64,000 nt of DNA. Origin: Acanthaster planci (lineage: Eukaryota). Shown one piece after another: positions 62,956 to 64,000 of this stretch. The DNA is taken from positions 2,301,838 to 2,365,837 of the forward strand of contig NW_019091362.1 in assembly GCF_001949145.1 (NCBI RefSeq), given 5' to 3'. Every line of letters starts with the position of its first letter. The stretch's first letter is position 1. Below the pieces are notes generated by a model, which saw nothing but the letters and a program-made list of their open reading frames with translations, had not been told where the DNA came from and ran no database searches. Both the position numbers and the translations under genes were made by a program.

Positions 62956-63074
62956 TTGTAGGTGTGGCCGGTGATCTCGTTGCGCACTAGCACATAATCC
63001 ACCATCCATCTGGGGAGCAGGCCCGTGTTGTCGTGCCCGATTCGCACCGTCGTCAGGATACCAAGATTGCTATG
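62956..63074 (-). CDS. DENND5: DENND5 exon, PLAT domain
   Basis: Not in the ORF track. ctgcag|CAT gives [40 protein letters not shown], with the PLAT IGHDN motif. Donor AA|GTAAAG. Confidence 0.95.
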
Positions 63075-63266
63075 CTGCAGAAACAAATCAAGACACTATT
63101 CGTCATCCTGTTGGTCCATTCAAAGCCTTAAAAGCCTTGATATAATAAGCTCAAAAAAGTCATACTACGTGTATACATCATCAACAATAGTATAATAAAA
63201 AGATAAATGCAAGAACTAACTTCCAATATTCAAGTCTTAAATTCCTCCGCAGTGGCAGACACATAC

Positions 63267-63409
63267 CTGGAATACAAAATCCTGAGAGCTCTTGGGTATA
63301 GGGATCATTTTGGAGTCGTTGATCTCGCCTGACACACAGATCCAGCAGTTGGCTGAGGTGGCGGCTTGGAACTTGCGACTTGTGACAACCAGGACTCGGT
63401 AGGAGACAA
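63267..63409 (-). CDS. DENND5: DENND5 (Rab6-interacting protein 1) exon, PLAT domain start; gene enters from the right edge
   Basis: ctgtag|TT GTC gives VSYRVLVVTSRKFQAATSANCWICVSGEINDSKMIPIPKSSQDFVFQ. Donor CAG|GTATGT. Confidence 0.9.
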
Positions 63410-64000
63410 CTACAGATGGAAAAAATGGGTTTGTGCTGATGACTGCAGCATATATGAAGCTTTGTGTGACAAAGACAATTGCATTAAAGCACACCAGTAA
63501 AGTCCAAGGATATGTCCTTGGTGTGATTTCTGAAGGCATGAAATATACCAAAGGATTGGAAGTGTCAAGTATCATACAGCAATTTGACAGAACAGATGTA
63601 TTATTTTCGCATTGTTTTCGTTTTTTGATCGTGTTCCTGAACAAGCTGCATTTATTTTGCAGTCCGAGTGAAAAGACTAAAAAGACTATTTGGTAATGAA
63701 GTCATGATCGGTCTCTTTCAAAAATACATTCATTTCGGGCTACAAATATGATTTTGCAATGGATACGTCAGACTCATCCTTTGGAGCAAAGAGAGATTCA
63801 TTTATAACTTGCTTCACTTGTATCGTCTTTCCAACTCAACTCACTTTTTAAAAAAAATTTCAGAGATTGCCTAGCTTTTCTCTGTAGACGGGTGACTCCA
63901 AACCAGAGGAAAGGTTTTGCAATCAGAGAAGAAAGGACCTGTGCCGCACATGTCAGATTCTGAATTCTATGTTTTACCTGTGCTGATGAAAGAGTTGGTG

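Overview
Eukaryotic (metazoan) genomic DNA from a draft assembly with three N-gaps. It is probably an invertebrate deuterostome such as an echinoderm; this is inferred from protein similarity, intron structure and repeat content, not proven. The window holds three intron-rich genes. (1) The 5' part of an MGAT5/GnT-V glycosyltransferase gene on the minus strand: 9 coding exons, 32767 to 3953, continuing off the left edge. (2) A nearly complete RBM28/Nop4 four-RRM nucleolar protein gene on the plus strand, 38206-52881, with 13 visible exons and at least one more hidden in a gap; it is head-to-head with MGAT5. (3) The 3' part of DENND5/Rab6IP1 (PLAT plus second RUN domain) on the minus strand: 6 exons, 63409 to 58158, tail-to-tail with RBM28. 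All exon boundaries are GT-AG and phase-consistent. Introns are dense in non-autonomous DNA transposons: six copies of a ~585-bp TTAA/piggyBac-type MITE, two other TTAA elements (one only 51 bp), TA-flanked hairpin MITEs, hAT-like and Helentron-like elements, and minisatellites. I found no prokaryote-type system (CRISPR, operon) and no convincing new protein family. The most unusual observations are a five-fold tandem amplification of the DENND5 stop-codon region, inverted MITE copies bracketing two DENND5 exons, a MITE with perfect GTCACGTGAC boxes in both TIRs, and abundant TA-x-TA palindromes that look like Tc1/mariner excision footprints.
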